A stretch of DNA of 64,000 nt. Origin: Laetmonice hystrix (Eukaryota). Positions 22,074-35,809 of the stretch are shown piece by piece. The translations under genes and the position numbers were made by a program. The stretch's first letter is position 1. Each line of letters begins with the position of its first letter. The notes beneath the pieces were generated by a model that was given only the letters and a program-made list of their open reading frames with translations, did not search any database and was not told where the DNA came from. The DNA is taken from assembly GCA_965235115.1 (NCBI GenBank), contig OZ249436.1:48114001-48178000 (forward strand), given 5' to 3'.

Positions 22074-23801
22074 GTACGTGGAACGTGGCTGTCGTCACGT
22101 GTCTGACGTCACAGACGCTGGGTCGTGCCGTCACAGTTGAATGAGCGCGTCAGGCCGTGGCCCTCACACAGGGATGGGTCCCAACTGGCGTAAAGGTTCG
22201 GCATGACACAGTCATGGCTATAAGTATAGGCCGATTTGGCACAGCCGACTTTAGTCCAGGAATATTGGGATGGATCCCAATATTCTTGTTTAGTCCTCGG
22301 CGTCTTTGTGATCAAGGCATGCACATGTAGGCCTATTATAGCCCTGGGCGAATCCAGGAATTTAGAAGGGGGGGGGGGTACATGGGGGGAATCTGGCAAG
22401 GGGGCCAACACGCGGGTAATTTAGAAACTTATGGAAAAAAAGAGAAAAAATTACGACAAAGGGGCGGTCCTCGCCCCCTTTTAACCCCCCGGCGGATCCA
22501 AGTGGGGGGGGGGACTAAGCGGGCTCCAGCCCCCCTAAATTCTGGACGATATTTTTTATTATCCAAATCATCAAATGTGATCATATTTTTCGTCCAGCCA
22601 CAAGATCAGCAAGAATAGGCCTTCTTGGTCTATCATCGACAATCTTTTACTAACTAGGTTATTGGGAAACGTCAACTGGCGACACGGGAAATTTGGGGCA
22701 GGGGTTAGGGAAAGGGGTAACTTTTGGGGAGGTTTGGACACCGGGGTTATAGAGTTACGGGGGAAATATAGTGATAGATTTCTATACTACCTATAGTTCT
22801 TATAGTAGGCCTATACCCGGCCCGACTTTCGAGGATAGGTCAGTATCATATAGTTTAGTGCCAGATCCTGATGATACATGTAATTTGTTGTTGTTCAACT
22901 AAAAGGAGCGGTTATTGTACAAGAATATGAACTGTGTGTAAGCCGTTTTAAAGACCAATTCCCCTAGTGACGTCATCAGGGGCAATGGTAAAGAATAGGC
23001 GGGAGTGAGACTGTGATGAGGCGCGAGATTCGAATTTTCAATATTTTTCTAAATTGAGAGGACTTCTCAGAAAACCTATCAGGGATACGGCTACAACTCA
23101 AAGTGATCTATCTAGATCAGTGAAGTTACCTATGTGATGTCAGTTGCACTTTATAGTTTCTCCATGGACGTCCTGGACAGAGTCAGCTCACTAACGTTTT
23201 TTCCCTCCCGCCTCCCCCGCGGCCATCCAACAACTCAGGTAGTCACTGGTGCGCATCGCTCGCTATCTTGTTTCGGCAGTGAAAGGGGAGTTAAATTGCC
23301 CTTTTACGTGTTCCTTTCTCATGTATACTTAGATCTAGACAACAACACTACCTACTGGTCCATACACCATGTGGCTTTGTCGACATTGACAGTAGGTCCT
23401 ATTGAAAAAGAGACGGCCTAGACTATATAAGTGATAAATCGAGCCCCTATAGGCCTACACGTCATTGAAAATACTGTTTTATTTGTAGGACAAAATATTA
23501 TAGTAGTTTCACGGTAACTGTATAGTGCTTATGGTCTCCAAGTAAAACAAACATCTGTAGCTAGATAGTCGATGTTTCCTTTCCCAAATACATATCCTGA
23601 TTGCATCGCCATGGCAACTTTTGTCGGTTCTTTTCGTTGATCCCCTCACAGCCCCCCAGAGCAGCTGTAGCCCTGTAGTCTGCCCAACCACTAGGCCTAT
23701 CCAGATTGTTTGTCCCCCCCCCCCCCCCGACATCGCTCTTGTGAATTGTATATATATTTTTTATTGCTGATAAACTGACACGATCGAAAAGATCTCTGTA
23801 G

Positions 23802-24700
23802 TGCGGAGCCCTGTTGGGGACATGAAGAGAAAACAATATTTGTAGTGATCTCGAAATTACCACTTAGTGACGTCATTAACTCGTTATTACTACTTAATGA
23901 TGTCACTAAGACGTTATTACGAGTTAATCGCGATCGTTTCAGAAAAAAAAATTGTGGTGATCTCGAAATTACCACTTAGTGACGTCATTAACTCGTTATT
24001 ACGACTTAATGACGTCACTAAATGGTAATTTCGAGTTAATCGCATTCAGAGAAAAAAAATGTGGTGATCTCGATATTACGACTTAGTGACGTCATTAACT
24101 CATTATTATGACTTAAAGAGGCAGGTAAAGTTCCTCACTAACGTACCGTTGAGCACCAGTAACACTATGTGAAGTACACATGTTACGCGCCATCGGTCGA
24201 TCTGACCCATCGGCCGATGGGTCAGACCCATCGGTGGATCGGCCAACGGGTCGCCCATCGACCGATGGGCGACCCGTCGGTGGATGCCTACTTAGTCAAC
24301 TTTTTAAAAAGTCGACTTTTTAAAAATACCGCTCGGGTCATGTGCTATTTCTCACGCGAGACAGCGGGAGCTATGACGCTATTAATTGAGATAATGGCCA
24401 AGTAGGGCAAACAAACGGACGAAGCCAGTGGAAGAATGTCTCTACATTTCGGTTGATTATTCCTTTATTAAAGATCAGATAATCACAGAATTGTAGGTAA
24501 GAACAAGCTTGTTCATGCTGAACACCCTTATTGATATTTTGAACTTTTTCATCGCCTTTAATGACGTCAATAAGTCGTTATTACTCGAAAATACCACTTA
24601 GTGACGTCATTAAGTCGTAATAACGAGTTATTGACGTCACTAAGTGGTAATTTCGAGATCACCACACAAAAAATTCTCATGTCCCCAACAGGGCTCCGTA
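23802..24700. mobile_element. IS3EU-like non-autonomous DNA transposon with repetitive subterminal arms
   Basis: TIR tgcggagccctgttggggacatga / tcatgtccccaacagggctccgta; TAY..RTA-type terminus at the intact end; 6-bp TSD CTGTAG/CTGAAG; repeated gtgatctcgaaattaccacttagtgacgtcattaactcgttatta units, inverted at the right end. Confidence 0.75.
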
Positions 24701-26499
24701 CTGAAGGCGACATTTTTTAATAATAAAACCAGAGACTGTATATACGAGCCAGAATAATGCACCAAATGCCGTTATGATAATAATAATAATGGGGCTGCAT
24801 GGCTGCTGATATGGTAAGAGGTCATGCTCCAACCCATATATATAATAAGATGCGCCTATCATACAGATTTCCGCTAAAAGTGCAGGGAGCCAACCTTCCA
24901 GACTGTAGTCCAAGCCCGGAGTCTGGCTGGCAGAATCTGATATAGCGCTCCGGGATCTATACATGACATTGTCCTCTCGGTAGTACACGTATAGGGGATA
25001 TGGGTCTCAGCCAAGCAGGCCTTTATCATGCACAGCAGGGAGCCCCATTTTCACGGTCTATTTCTTCCGTCTCAATACATATTCCAATCAGTTAGGGATA
25101 ATTTAATCATATCGCTTGAGGCAGGATATTGGTTGTATGCTTGGAATAACGGAAACTAATTTCTGGTAGGACCAATCTCCATACCATCGAGCCCAGTTTA
25201 TAGGCTTTGATATATAAGAGAAGGAAAATATGAACTTAAACAAGCAATGGATGGCAAGAAGGATTTGCCAGTATGTATTTTTACTTTCTATTTCTCATTT
25301 TAATCCAAATTTGGCTCTTCATCTTAAGCTAAGGTGGTAGGGATTGTTATATGGATTATGTCAGACGATACTGCATTGGCTCCATGTAATGTATACTCAG
25401 TTGAATAATAATTGCTCAAATGTTCTGAAATCGTATAGATTAGGTGTTATTAAATGCTAAATTGGGTCATGAGTGGAACATTTCCAAATGACTTATAATG
25501 AGTGTTACTGGATGAGTAGACTGAGATAAGTGTCTAGTAACTGTAATATTACATTTACCGCTCGGCCGCCGGGTAGGTCATTACATGTGAACGTAATTAT
25601 ATCGTCTGCCTATAGCTGACTCACTGTTAAAATGGATGCAACATTAAACTGCATGCGCAAAAGGCCTACATGAAGGTCTACTATTATAACCTCTGTCTTT
25701 GTGACCTGGAGTTAAATTCTGGCATGATTTAATGCCAACTTCTTGTATAATCTATGTTTATACAGCCCGGCCTCATTGGAGGGGTTTAATCTAAGGTGTG
25801 CATGGACCACAAAGTAAAATATAAGTGACCCGATGCCTATATCCACTTCAGCCTATAACAGCAAAACGGTACCCTATAAAACGATGTCTAAATTAATATC
25901 GTATAAGGAGGCTTGCTGCATGACCGAATGGACGAATCCACGAGCACGATATAGGCCCCAATATACGCGTGGTTTCCAGGTTTGAGTCTATCCCAGTAAT
26001 TATAGATGCAGATCACCCCGTCCCCCTTCCTGTTGGTCATTAGTGTGCAGTCTGTGGTTACCAAACTACTTACATTACGTATCAGTCATGCAGTACTTAA
26101 TTAGTTGTGATCGCCCATGATAAATGTTGCGAACTGAATACGTTATAGAATGCTAAAGATTTCTTTACCATCTCAAAACAGCCGTAAAGATATAAGGAAA
26201 AATACATAAAAAATATATATATAAAGAAATAGGCCTATACATAATAGGCGCCTACTAATTCATAATGTCACAGTATCGTATAGGCTATATCGGGTCGTGG
26301 CAAGCGAGGGGGGGCAAAGGGGAAATTATATTGTCTATACGGCCTATAATTATAGGTCTACACCTAACACATGCATAATTGGCGTTTTAAAGCATTATAC
26401 CAAAATATCCCGACGCGTTGATTAGACGTTATATCCGATTATAACCTTTGATCGAGTTTGGTCCACTGATTGGAAACCACACACAGTGCCACAGGCATG

Positions 26500-26760
26500 C
26501 AGGTGGGTCCCCCTGATATATGCAGGTCCGACGGACCTGCATTACTAGAATTTAAGTCCGTATGTATAAGTAATGCTGTATTATTTGAATATTTTTTTTT
26601 ATAATCCTATCCCTAATCCTAACCTAAACCCTAATTCATTTGAATTTTCTTAATTATATTGTCTTATACCACGAAGTTGATGACCTATAGACCTGTATAA
26701 CCAAGGAATCCAGGTCCGGCGGACCTCCATACCGGCGGACTTACATTCCGTTCACACCTG
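26500..26760. mobile_element. Interspersed MITE-like repeat, copy 2 (related to 15330-15545)
   Basis: Shared core as for copy 1; ends ttcacacctg, the reverse complement of caggtgtgaa at the start of copy 1. Confidence 0.65.
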
Positions 26761-27079
26761 GCCAGCTCAGCTGTAGACTGTGCATAACGCCCATCTCCAT
26801 ACCCTACTCACCGAGATTACGTCATCACGTGGTCCCGCTCCCGCCATCCCGTCACTGCAGAGTCTGGGCGATAGAATCTACTACCGAATGTCTATACCAC
26901 TTGTCGCCTGTCAAAGATAGGCTTTATCTGAGTTAGACAAACCCCTATAGACAAAACATTCATCTCTCCGCCCGCTGAGACGGCCCGGGGCCGATGATGT
27001 ATCCTATATAGTCAACCCCTTATAGTCACTTCTCCGCTTCGTTCCTAGATCTAGAATATGCAGTAAAATGCATGATTCT

Positions 27080-27420
27080 AGGGCATTTGCCCCCGTAGGT
27101 ACATCTTCCCCCCGGACATTTGCCCCCGAATTTTTGCCCCCCAGACATTTGCCCTAGGACATCTGCCCCCCTCCCCTATCCCCCCCAGACATCCCCCCCC
27201 CCACACACACACACACATTAACCCCGTAAGGACTTCTGCCCCTAGGACATCTGCCCCCAGACATTAACCCCCAGACATTAACCCCCGTAGGACTTCTGCC
27301 CCCCTGGGATATCTGCCCCCCCCAGACATTCACCCCCGGGCATTAACCCCCCCCCTCCCCGTAGTACTTCTGCCCCCTATATATAGCCCCCTATAGGCCT
27401 ATATACCCTAACCCTAACTA
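27080..27420. repeat. ggacatttgccccc-type short-unit repeat followed by cctaaccctaac; probably part of a non-autonomous element
   Basis: More than ten variants of (g)gacat(t/c)(tg/aa)cccc in tandem. Confidence 0.65.
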
Positions 27421-28004
27421 TTGCCATGACTTTCCGCGAAACACAAGGCTCTTCTTTCTTTTTTAATTGAGGGGAGGGGGGGGGGTTAGATCCAATGATC
27501 CAAGGGTGTGACAGTCGCATAAGGCCTGAGCATAGGCCATATAGGGGGGGGGGGCTAAATCAATTGTTAACCCTAGCCTTATAGGCCTACCCTACTATAA
27601 TAGTCTAGGCCATAGCCTAGCTCTTCCCCGCTTTTTATTTTTTTTTATAATTGGGTCTAATTTTTTTGTAATCTTTTTTGCCTTAGGAACTGTTCAGAAT
27701 TAGGGGGCATACCCCCAATAACCCCGCACCCCCAACCCACCCCCTATACTGCCATATAGGCCTAGTAGGCCTTACGGCCAGGGGGGGGGGGAACTCAAAA
27801 GTTTTACCGTATTTTATAGGGGAGCTATAATGGGCCCCTATATCCCTTTGGAAGCATTGGTATAGGAAACTGTATAGGCCTAGGCCTATATCCATTTTGA
27901 TAATGGGTGATTTGAGTATTTCGGCCTAAGTGATTGCCCTATTTATTGTCGTAGGCCTAGGCTTATTTAATTTATTATTTATTGTCATGTAGCTAGGCCT
28001 ACTC

Positions 28005-28091
28005 GGTCTATGGACAGATAGATTTATCTATGTAGCCATCCACATTATGTCTGAAATAAAGTATTCAATTGAATTCAATTCAATTCAATTC
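28005..28091 (+). mobile_element. Possible 3' tail of a non-LTR retrotransposon
   Basis: AATAAA followed by an (attca/attga)n short tandem tail, as seen at CR1/L2-type 3' ends. Confidence 0.35.
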
Positions 28092-31000
28092 TTCCGGTCT
28101 TCTTCTTTCTCAGTTATCCTTTTGACCTAATTTCCGTCCGATCCGGGCAAATAGATCCATATCCTGACCACTTAGGGTCGGCCTCCTGGGGCAAACAACA
28201 TGTCTTGATCCCGCTCAGTTCAAATGCACGGCGCTAAATAGGTCAGGTGATGGTCATGTGACTACATACGCAGCCTGAGAGTGGAACGTGTAGAAACCAC
28301 TGCAGCAGTAAGGCCAAACACCAGGGGCCGGTATAAGCTACCAGTGGCGCTGTACTTGACTGTCGTGAAGGGGATTGTCCGAGACCTAGGCCTATAGACT
28401 ATACTTGTAACGTCGGATTATGTAATCGTTGTCGTCCGAGCCATGAAGTTGTGACGGAGAAGGAATCTTGAAAACTTGGAAACCAACGCAACCACAGGTA
28501 AGCCACCCTGCAGCAGAAGTTGCTCGATGGTGCAGTGGCGCCGGGAGGGTGCTAAGCGAGGAGGGCCGGGTGAAGTGGGAGCGCTTGGCCGCGGCCGGGT
28601 GGTCGACTGACTACCGGCCGCTACCAGCCCAGCCACTCAGTCGGTCGAGCGGTCGGGTGGCGCTTAGCGTGTCCACGGTTGGCATCAGGCCTCGGCCCCG
28701 GTGTTCTGGCCACAGACAGTAGTAGGCCGACCGTCAACGACGTGCCCTCACCTTCCCGTGTCAGGTGTTCATGCCTAGTCGCCCTAGCCTAGGATCATAG
28801 GCCTAGGCCTAAATTAATGCTATCAGATGCAGAATTAACTCCATAATTCATAGCCTCTCACATAATTCACTGCATAAAAATTCTATGTCGGCCTAAGGGG
28901 CAAAGGCAGAGGGGGGATCCAGTTGGTTCACCTTGGCTCGGACATGACGGATGGCCTTGGCTTGGGTTGTGGTCTCAGGAATCAATCGATTGATGTAGCC
29001 ATTGTTACTGGAGCTGTAGGTGCTTTGATGGTCGATGCTACCCCAGATCATCCCTAATATTGTATTCCATTGCAGAAGTAAAAGAAATCTACAAACAATA
29101 TCCAATAAGCAAGTGTAATTTAGTGAGAGTATCTTATAACCTGGATCCCATGCCATGGCCACCACAAAATCACAAATATTTGCTTAGTCAGAACCCTTTT
29201 AAGTAAATTTATATTAGGGCGCCTGGACACCCAATTCCAGTATTTAGGGAATGTTGCATGGAGGCTATGGCTAGGCCTATTGTTCAAGATTTGCCGATTC
29301 TATAACACTTTCAATTTTGTATAGGCCTAGGACTATGTAGCTGGCCTAGGCCTAGGCAGAGTGACTAGTAAAAGGGCTATAGTAGGGCCTAACTTCTTGC
29401 CAAGAGTCTTGAATAGCTTTTCATTGAATGGGAATCAGTAGGCCATAGCCTAGAGGACGAGGCTACCACACCTGCCACGGTTGTCAGGTGACTGATGACG
29501 GGACCACAGCCAAGTGCACCTGTGAAATAGACCGTGCATGCCAAATTTAGGCCTCATGGCAATCTAGGGGAAATGGGGGAAGGGGGGGGGCAGATAGTTA
29601 ATGAGGACTGCAGGGAGCCAACGATGTGTTCAAGCAAGATGTTTTCAGAGATAGCCTAGCAATATTAACTATGTACATGATGTAGTTTATTTTCAGTCAG
29701 ATATTTTTGTTGTTGTTTCACCAGGAATGTCAACATACATGTACATACATACATACATACACACCTACATACATACATAGACCTAGTCGAAGTGGTGCAT
29801 CATAATTGTCCATGTATAGGAATACGAGAGGCCCGAAGGTTTAAGTCAAGCCACTCAAGGTTCTCATACATGCTAGTGTATCATGTTGACCATATTTTGT
29901 AGAGTAGGCCTATTTTATGAATATTGAGTGCGTTATGCAGTTTCTGGGTATGGTACTCTTTCTTACTCTTTATGGTATGCTTTCTATCCCAAGATCTACA
30001 GGTCTCTTATCTATCCAGAATCCTTCTCCGACAGACCTGTATACCAGAGTAAATAGTGGGCACTTTTCACCAAGTTACGATTTAACATTTTATATTATTC
30101 TACAATAGATGAATTTAAAGCTTTAAAAATGAAACTTGTTAGGAAAAGTGATGTAAAAAGTATGTCCTTTATTACTGATGGCACTGATGCCGATCATTCT
30201 AGCAATTAACATTATTATTATTATAACAAATTTGTTTGGCACGTAAATTTCAGTAACAACATAATTAAGTTTTTTTTAACAATATCATTAATTATGTTAA
30301 TGGTGGCATTTTTGCCCCAAGGCAGCAGTAATTATATAGGAGTTTCTGTCACCTTGTATCGTGATGACTTATAGGGCAAGGTTATGTGAGAACCTTCAGC
30401 CTATAGTTTATACTGAAGGAATTATCATATGTCACAAGGTCTGGGCATCAGATGTAAACACAACCCAACCTGTTGATAATAGTTGAAAAGTGATATACAC
30501 CTGTTTGTGTGACAAGTGCATCTATTAGGGCCGCTTGGTGAAGAGGGTGCCATGCACGCCCCTCCTACTGACCCTCCCACCCCACCCCCACCCCTCCCAG
30601 GTGAACGCTCGGTGCCCCTCCACCCTATCTAGGGTGACAGTACCGTGTCATGGCGGAGCAGGGCGATGGAGATACCAGTGCCCAGTAGAGCCGAGGGGTC
30701 AACCCGGTACAAGCCCGTGACTGGCCCGTCTAAGACACCCTGCCTACTCCACTGGTGCACTGTATGGCACCTCCACGTACGCACAGCCGGGAGAAATAAT
30801 TGGGCCAGTGGGTTTGACAGGCTGTGGGTGCAAACCACAGCTCATAGTGGGTATCTGCTACCCTTTATGTTGCATACAATGTCCCCCTATGAGGATATTG
30901 TGAAGCTGGGGGTTTCGTCTCCACAGAACTGTTCAAAGAGCCTTGTCAGTTGCGAATCTCAGGAGGGCGGCCACTTATATGGCAGCATGTTCAGTAGAGT

Positions 31001-31119
31001 CTGTCGTATTAGACGGTAAGGAGAGATTCTTGTTGAAACCCTTGGCTTGGCTTTGCCCTTGGGTTTACCTTGTTGGGATGTCATTAAGTTATTAGCCTAT
31101 GTCATTGATGAGCTCCGTA

Positions 31120-33900
31120 AAACAGGTCCAGCTGGTTGGCTTGAAGACATTTGGACATTTTGATTAAATCGCAGACGTGGCTATACGTCTATGATCAGAT
31201 GTAAAGCTCGCCATTCATAAAGTATACCGATTGAGTGGGAGCTATTAACCTGCCAGATACTCTCCAGAGTTTTTACGAATCGTAACGTACGGTACCTTGT
31301 TACTTTTGGGAAGTAAGTTTTGAATAGGAGAATCTGGTTTCTAGTATGGCTCCTGGACCAAGTCGGGATTTATATGATACCAGAATATTTTATAATGTTT
31401 ACAATCCTAGATCACTGCAAACTACAAACATCAGTTTGTTGATTCAAACTATATAGCTGAAGTTGCCTCCAGTAGTTGACCTCCTTGTAGGGAATGCTTG
31501 CAGGTACATGTATATCAAATTAAAATGTATAAAACTTGATCCATTGAAGTATACCTGTTATTCTGCATAATTTTTAGCCACGACATATTGAGAAGGGAGG
31601 TTGTTGATCTAGAAACAGCGCATTGACGCTCACTAAATACTGAAACGACTGTCAGGCCTGTTTCAGCCTTATATCCCTATATCTTGAAGTGGCTACCATA
31701 TATATAACAAATACGCAGTTAACTCCAGTTCATGATCAGATAATAAGATATCAAGTGAAGAATTATCTGTCTTGTATAAGTTGTGGCTCAGATGTACTCT
31801 CAGGAGATATTTCAATTTTAGTTTTAAAGAAATGGTGTTCTGTTGTGGTAAGACCTTAGTTTGTTTTTTTAAATCAGGACTTTGATCTTCAGGGGTCTTG
31901 TTGGTCAACTTCATTCAAAACCATCAATGTGTAAGAAAACTGAATTATCCATAACAGTTTTTCGGGTCAGCTTCAATGTCTAGATGGAGTTATGTTTCCA
32001 TAATTTTTTTTACTGTCAGCCTATCCTATAGAGGAATGGGAGCAGTATGAAGAGATATAATGGTAGATTTTACAAGTGTTCCCCCTCAAACGACCACCAC
32101 TCCTATAGAGGAATGGGAGCAGTATGAAGAGATATAATGTTAGATTTTACAAGTGTTCCCCCTCAAGCGACCACCACTCCTATAGAGGAATGGGAGCAGT
32201 ATGAAGAGATTATAATGGTAGATTTTACAAGTGTTCCCCCTCAAACGACCACCACTCCTATAGAGGAATGGGAGCAGTATGAAGAGATATAATGTTAGAT
32301 TTTACAAGTGTTCCCCCTCAAACGACCACCACTCCTATAGAGGAATCATGGGAGCAGTATGAAGAGATATAATGGTAGATTTTACAAGTGTTCCCCCTCA
32401 AACGACCACCACTCCTATAGAGGAATGGGAGCAGTATGAAGAGATATAATGTTAGATTTTACAAGTGTTCCCCCTCAAACGACCACCACTCCTATCGGAA
32501 TGGGAGCAGTATGAAGAGATATAATGGTAGATTTTACAAGTGTTCCCCCTCAAACGACCACCACTCCTATAGAGGAATGGGAGCAGTATGAAGAGATATA
32601 ATGGTAGATTTTACAAGTGTTCCCCCTCAAACGACCACCACTCCTATCGGAATGGGAGCAGTATAAAGAGATATAATGGTAGATTTTACAAGTGTTCCCC
32701 CTCAAACGACCACCACTCCTATAGAGGAATGGGAGCAGTATGAAGAGATATAATGTTAGATTTTACAAGTGTTCCCCCTCAAACGACCACCACTCCTATA
32801 GAGGAATGGGAGCAGTATGAAGAGATTATAATGTTAGATTTTACAAGTGTTCCCCCTCAAACGACCACCACTCCTATAGAGGAATGGGAGCAGTATGAAG
32901 AGATATAATGTTAGATTTTACAAGTGTTCCCCCTCAAACGACCACCACTCCTATAGAGGAATGGGAGCAGTATGAAGAGATATAATGGTAGATTTTACAA
33001 GTGTTCCCCCTCAAACGACCACCACTCCTATAGAGGAATGGGAGCAGTATGAAGAGATTATAATGGTAGATTTTACAAGTGTTCCCCCTCAAACGACCAC
33101 CACTCCTATAGAGGAATGGGAGCAGTATGAAGAGATTATAATGTTAGATTTTACAAGTGTTCCCCCTCAAACGACCACCACTCCTATAGAGGAATGGGAG
33201 CAGTATGAAGAGATATAATGTTAGATTTTACAAGTGTTCCCCCTCAAGCGACCACCACTCCTATCGGAATGGGAGCAGTATGAAGAGATATAATGGTAGA
33301 TTTTACAAGTGTTCCCCCTCAAACGACCACCACTCCTATAGAGGAATGGGAGCAGTATGAAGAGATATAATGGTAGATTTTACAAGTGTTCCTACTCAAA
33401 CGACCACCACTCCTATAGAGGAATGGGAGCAGTATGAAGAGATAGAATGGTAGATTTTACAAGTGTTCCCCCTCAAGCGACCACCACCATCTCTACGTTT
33501 ATTTTCTTTAAACCAGACATGTTTATGTTGAATATTTTCGACGTGTATATCACATTTTTATGATCAATCTTGACAACTGTAATTGTGTAGGTCCTTGATA
33601 ATTATTCTCAGTAACACATGTCGAATGTAACATTATGCGCTGTGAGTATGACAGGGCAGGTTGGCGGGTAGTACCGGTGGTGGTTTAATGGGAACGCCTT
33701 GAGGCGGGGTATTATCCAGTTACCTACCTGGCCACCATGAGGGCAGACCGAGAACCCGCCATTATCTTGTAACTCACCTGTAGCAGACCACCACTGAGTC
33801 AACCCCGACCCCGACAACTGTAAGGACATTGGAGGAACAATCCACACTAGGTGTTTGTGGTATACCTCTTGGATATATCATCTACTGACTGCGGCAAGAC
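31120..33900 (+). pseudogene. Decayed multi-exon coding remnant, possibly Ulp1/C48 protease-like plus PHD finger
   Basis: AG...GT-bounded segments with interrupted motifs GPAGWLEDI (~31125), VDLETAH* (~31604), SCGSDVL (~31779) and, across a reconstructed splice, YPIEEWEQYEEIE/CNTCRM*HYAL*V. Many stops; family assignment is by eye. Confidence 0.25.
32025..33488. repeat. 77-bp minisatellite, about 19 near-identical copies
   Basis: Unit cctatagaggaatgggagcagtatgaagagatataatggtagattttacaagtgttccccctcaaacgaccaccact starting at 32025, 32102, 32179...; 75- and 78-bp variants recur. Confidence 0.97.
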
Positions 33901-35600
33901 AAAATACAACCTTGATATGTACAAGTCTGCAGGAGGGCCGCGTCAGTTGGAGCATAGAACTTACAGTTCTATGGTTGGAGTAATATATCTCTGTGACAGA
34001 GTCCAGGCTCATATTACAACTTAATACAAGCGATAATATATGTGCCCATATTTAGTGGTTCTCTGATATTCAAAGAAGGTGCATGGGTATTCCATTTCCT
34101 AGCTGCATAGCAAACCGCAATGAAAAATGGCACACCCCACCATTGCCAGTAATCGCCTTTCAGTTTCACGTTGGATTGTCCGTTAGAGGGCGCAGGATAT
34201 TCCGTTTTCTGGATCATTCGATGTGTAGGAGAATATGCAGTCGCAGTCGGTATTTTTTCCTTAACAAGAACAGTCCTAGTTATATGACTTTTGAGCCGAA
34301 AGTAGATTGCATTTTTTTAAATGGTATTTATTAATTTTGTTTTTTTGGGGGTTATTTTTTATATGGTTAATTTAAAAAAACGTTGATCCAATATTTATCT
34401 TCTTGCGGTTATGTTGACAAGTGGCAAAAAACTGTAGGTTGGCATCTTCGGAAGGCAGTTGTTGGAGAAACCGGAATCCTGACATGATCCAATATCTAGA
34501 TCTGCTTGCTCTAACTTGATGTTAGGCTGACTTCCTGAGTAGCCGCCAGGGACGTCGGGATCAGGAAAGCATGAAGAGGAGTGGCCACTTGAAATGGGAC
34601 TGGTGTAAGCACATGGCTGGGTTGCCAATTTCAATGAAGATGTTATTACGTGTCTCAGGCCAGTTTTGGGAGAATTAGGCATAAATGTCGTTGAAATGGA
34701 TGCTAATAACCACAAATACCTCTCCCATCCACTTTATATATAAGAGCTTGAATAGAGTTATGTCACGTTTGGCTCCGTCTGTATTTAGTCTTCGTGGTAG
34801 AGCTGAGTGAGTTATATTTTCTGTCTGACCCAGGTTCTGACTCGGGCTGACCTGGATTCCAAGTCGGGTTGACTCTGGTTGACATTAGAAAGTTTTCACC
34901 AAAGAGCATCTCAAAGTTCAGCACTCGGCGGCTTTTAGGGCTTTTAGGCTTTTAGGGGGTAGATCGCCTAAGGCAATACCTATACATGATATCTGGGTGC
35001 GTAAGAACGCAAAAATCTGTGACTTTTCCTACTTACCGTGATCGTTCAGAGGATATATTATAGCACACTCCTGCCTCCGATGTTGTAAAGTTTATTATTT
35101 GAACGCATGACTGGAGTTGTACGTGATTCCATCGAGATGATAAAAACTTGCACAGAAACTTGCTCAGGAATGTGGCGAGCATGAATAATGATGTCTGGTA
35201 TCGTTTTACTGAAACATTCATACCATCATGCCCGATTTTTATAGGAAAACGTCCGTACATACTTTGGCATCAGAACAAAAATGTCAATTAAAGGTGAATG
35301 CTGAGACGTGCAGGTTGACCACACACGACTGATAAACTTTATAATTTCTCAGACCACTGCTTTCACGATGTACCTGGTTATGGACCTGGTGTGGTTTTCC
35401 AGGCACATTGCCATTCTGTAGTGCAGTAAAATAATATTCTTGGATTCCAGGGTGTATCCATGCTCAATTTATCCCAGGAAGGAACCACAGAAGTTAAAAT
35501 TTCATAAAGAGGAGTGGCCGTACGACATCAATTGAAACAAGTCCTAAAAAAAATTAAAATTTTAATGACATTTATATTCCGACTGAAACTTAACTTTCTA

Positions 35601-35809
35601 TAGTCTGTTCGCTCTAAGAAGAGCTCGACCTGGGCCTCATTAAGGCTCTGACCTGCCCCCCCTCCTCCTGTCTACCCACAGCTGGCGTATCACAAGTGAT
35701 CACCGCCTGTCATTCAAGAATATGACCAAATTGTGGTTCTGTATTACCCCAAATGAAGTAATAGCTTTAATGAGGTCGAGGTCGAGCTCTTCTTAGAGCG
35801 AACAGACTA
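35601..35809. mobile_element. MITE with ~48-bp TIR and TA TSD, copy 1
   Basis: tagtctgttcgctctaagaagagctcgacct...aggtcgagctcttcttagagcgaacagacta, TA on both sides; highly similar to 55736-55947. Confidence 0.9.

Noticed and set aside
32985..33218. ORF of repeated MVDFTSVPPQTTTTPIEEWEQYEEII as a mucin-like protein
   Set aside because: It is open only because two adjacent units are 78-bp variants; the usual 77-bp unit has a stop in this frame.
32025..33488. CRISPR-like array or other repeat-spacer guide system
   Set aside because: Units are contiguous and near-identical with no unique spacers; there are no cas-like genes and the context is eukaryotic. The same applies to the other arrays.
34395..35330. 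Minus-strand ORFs of 106 and 75 aa, one ending at a GTAAGT donor
   Set aside because: No recognisable motif and no consistent exon chain could be built.
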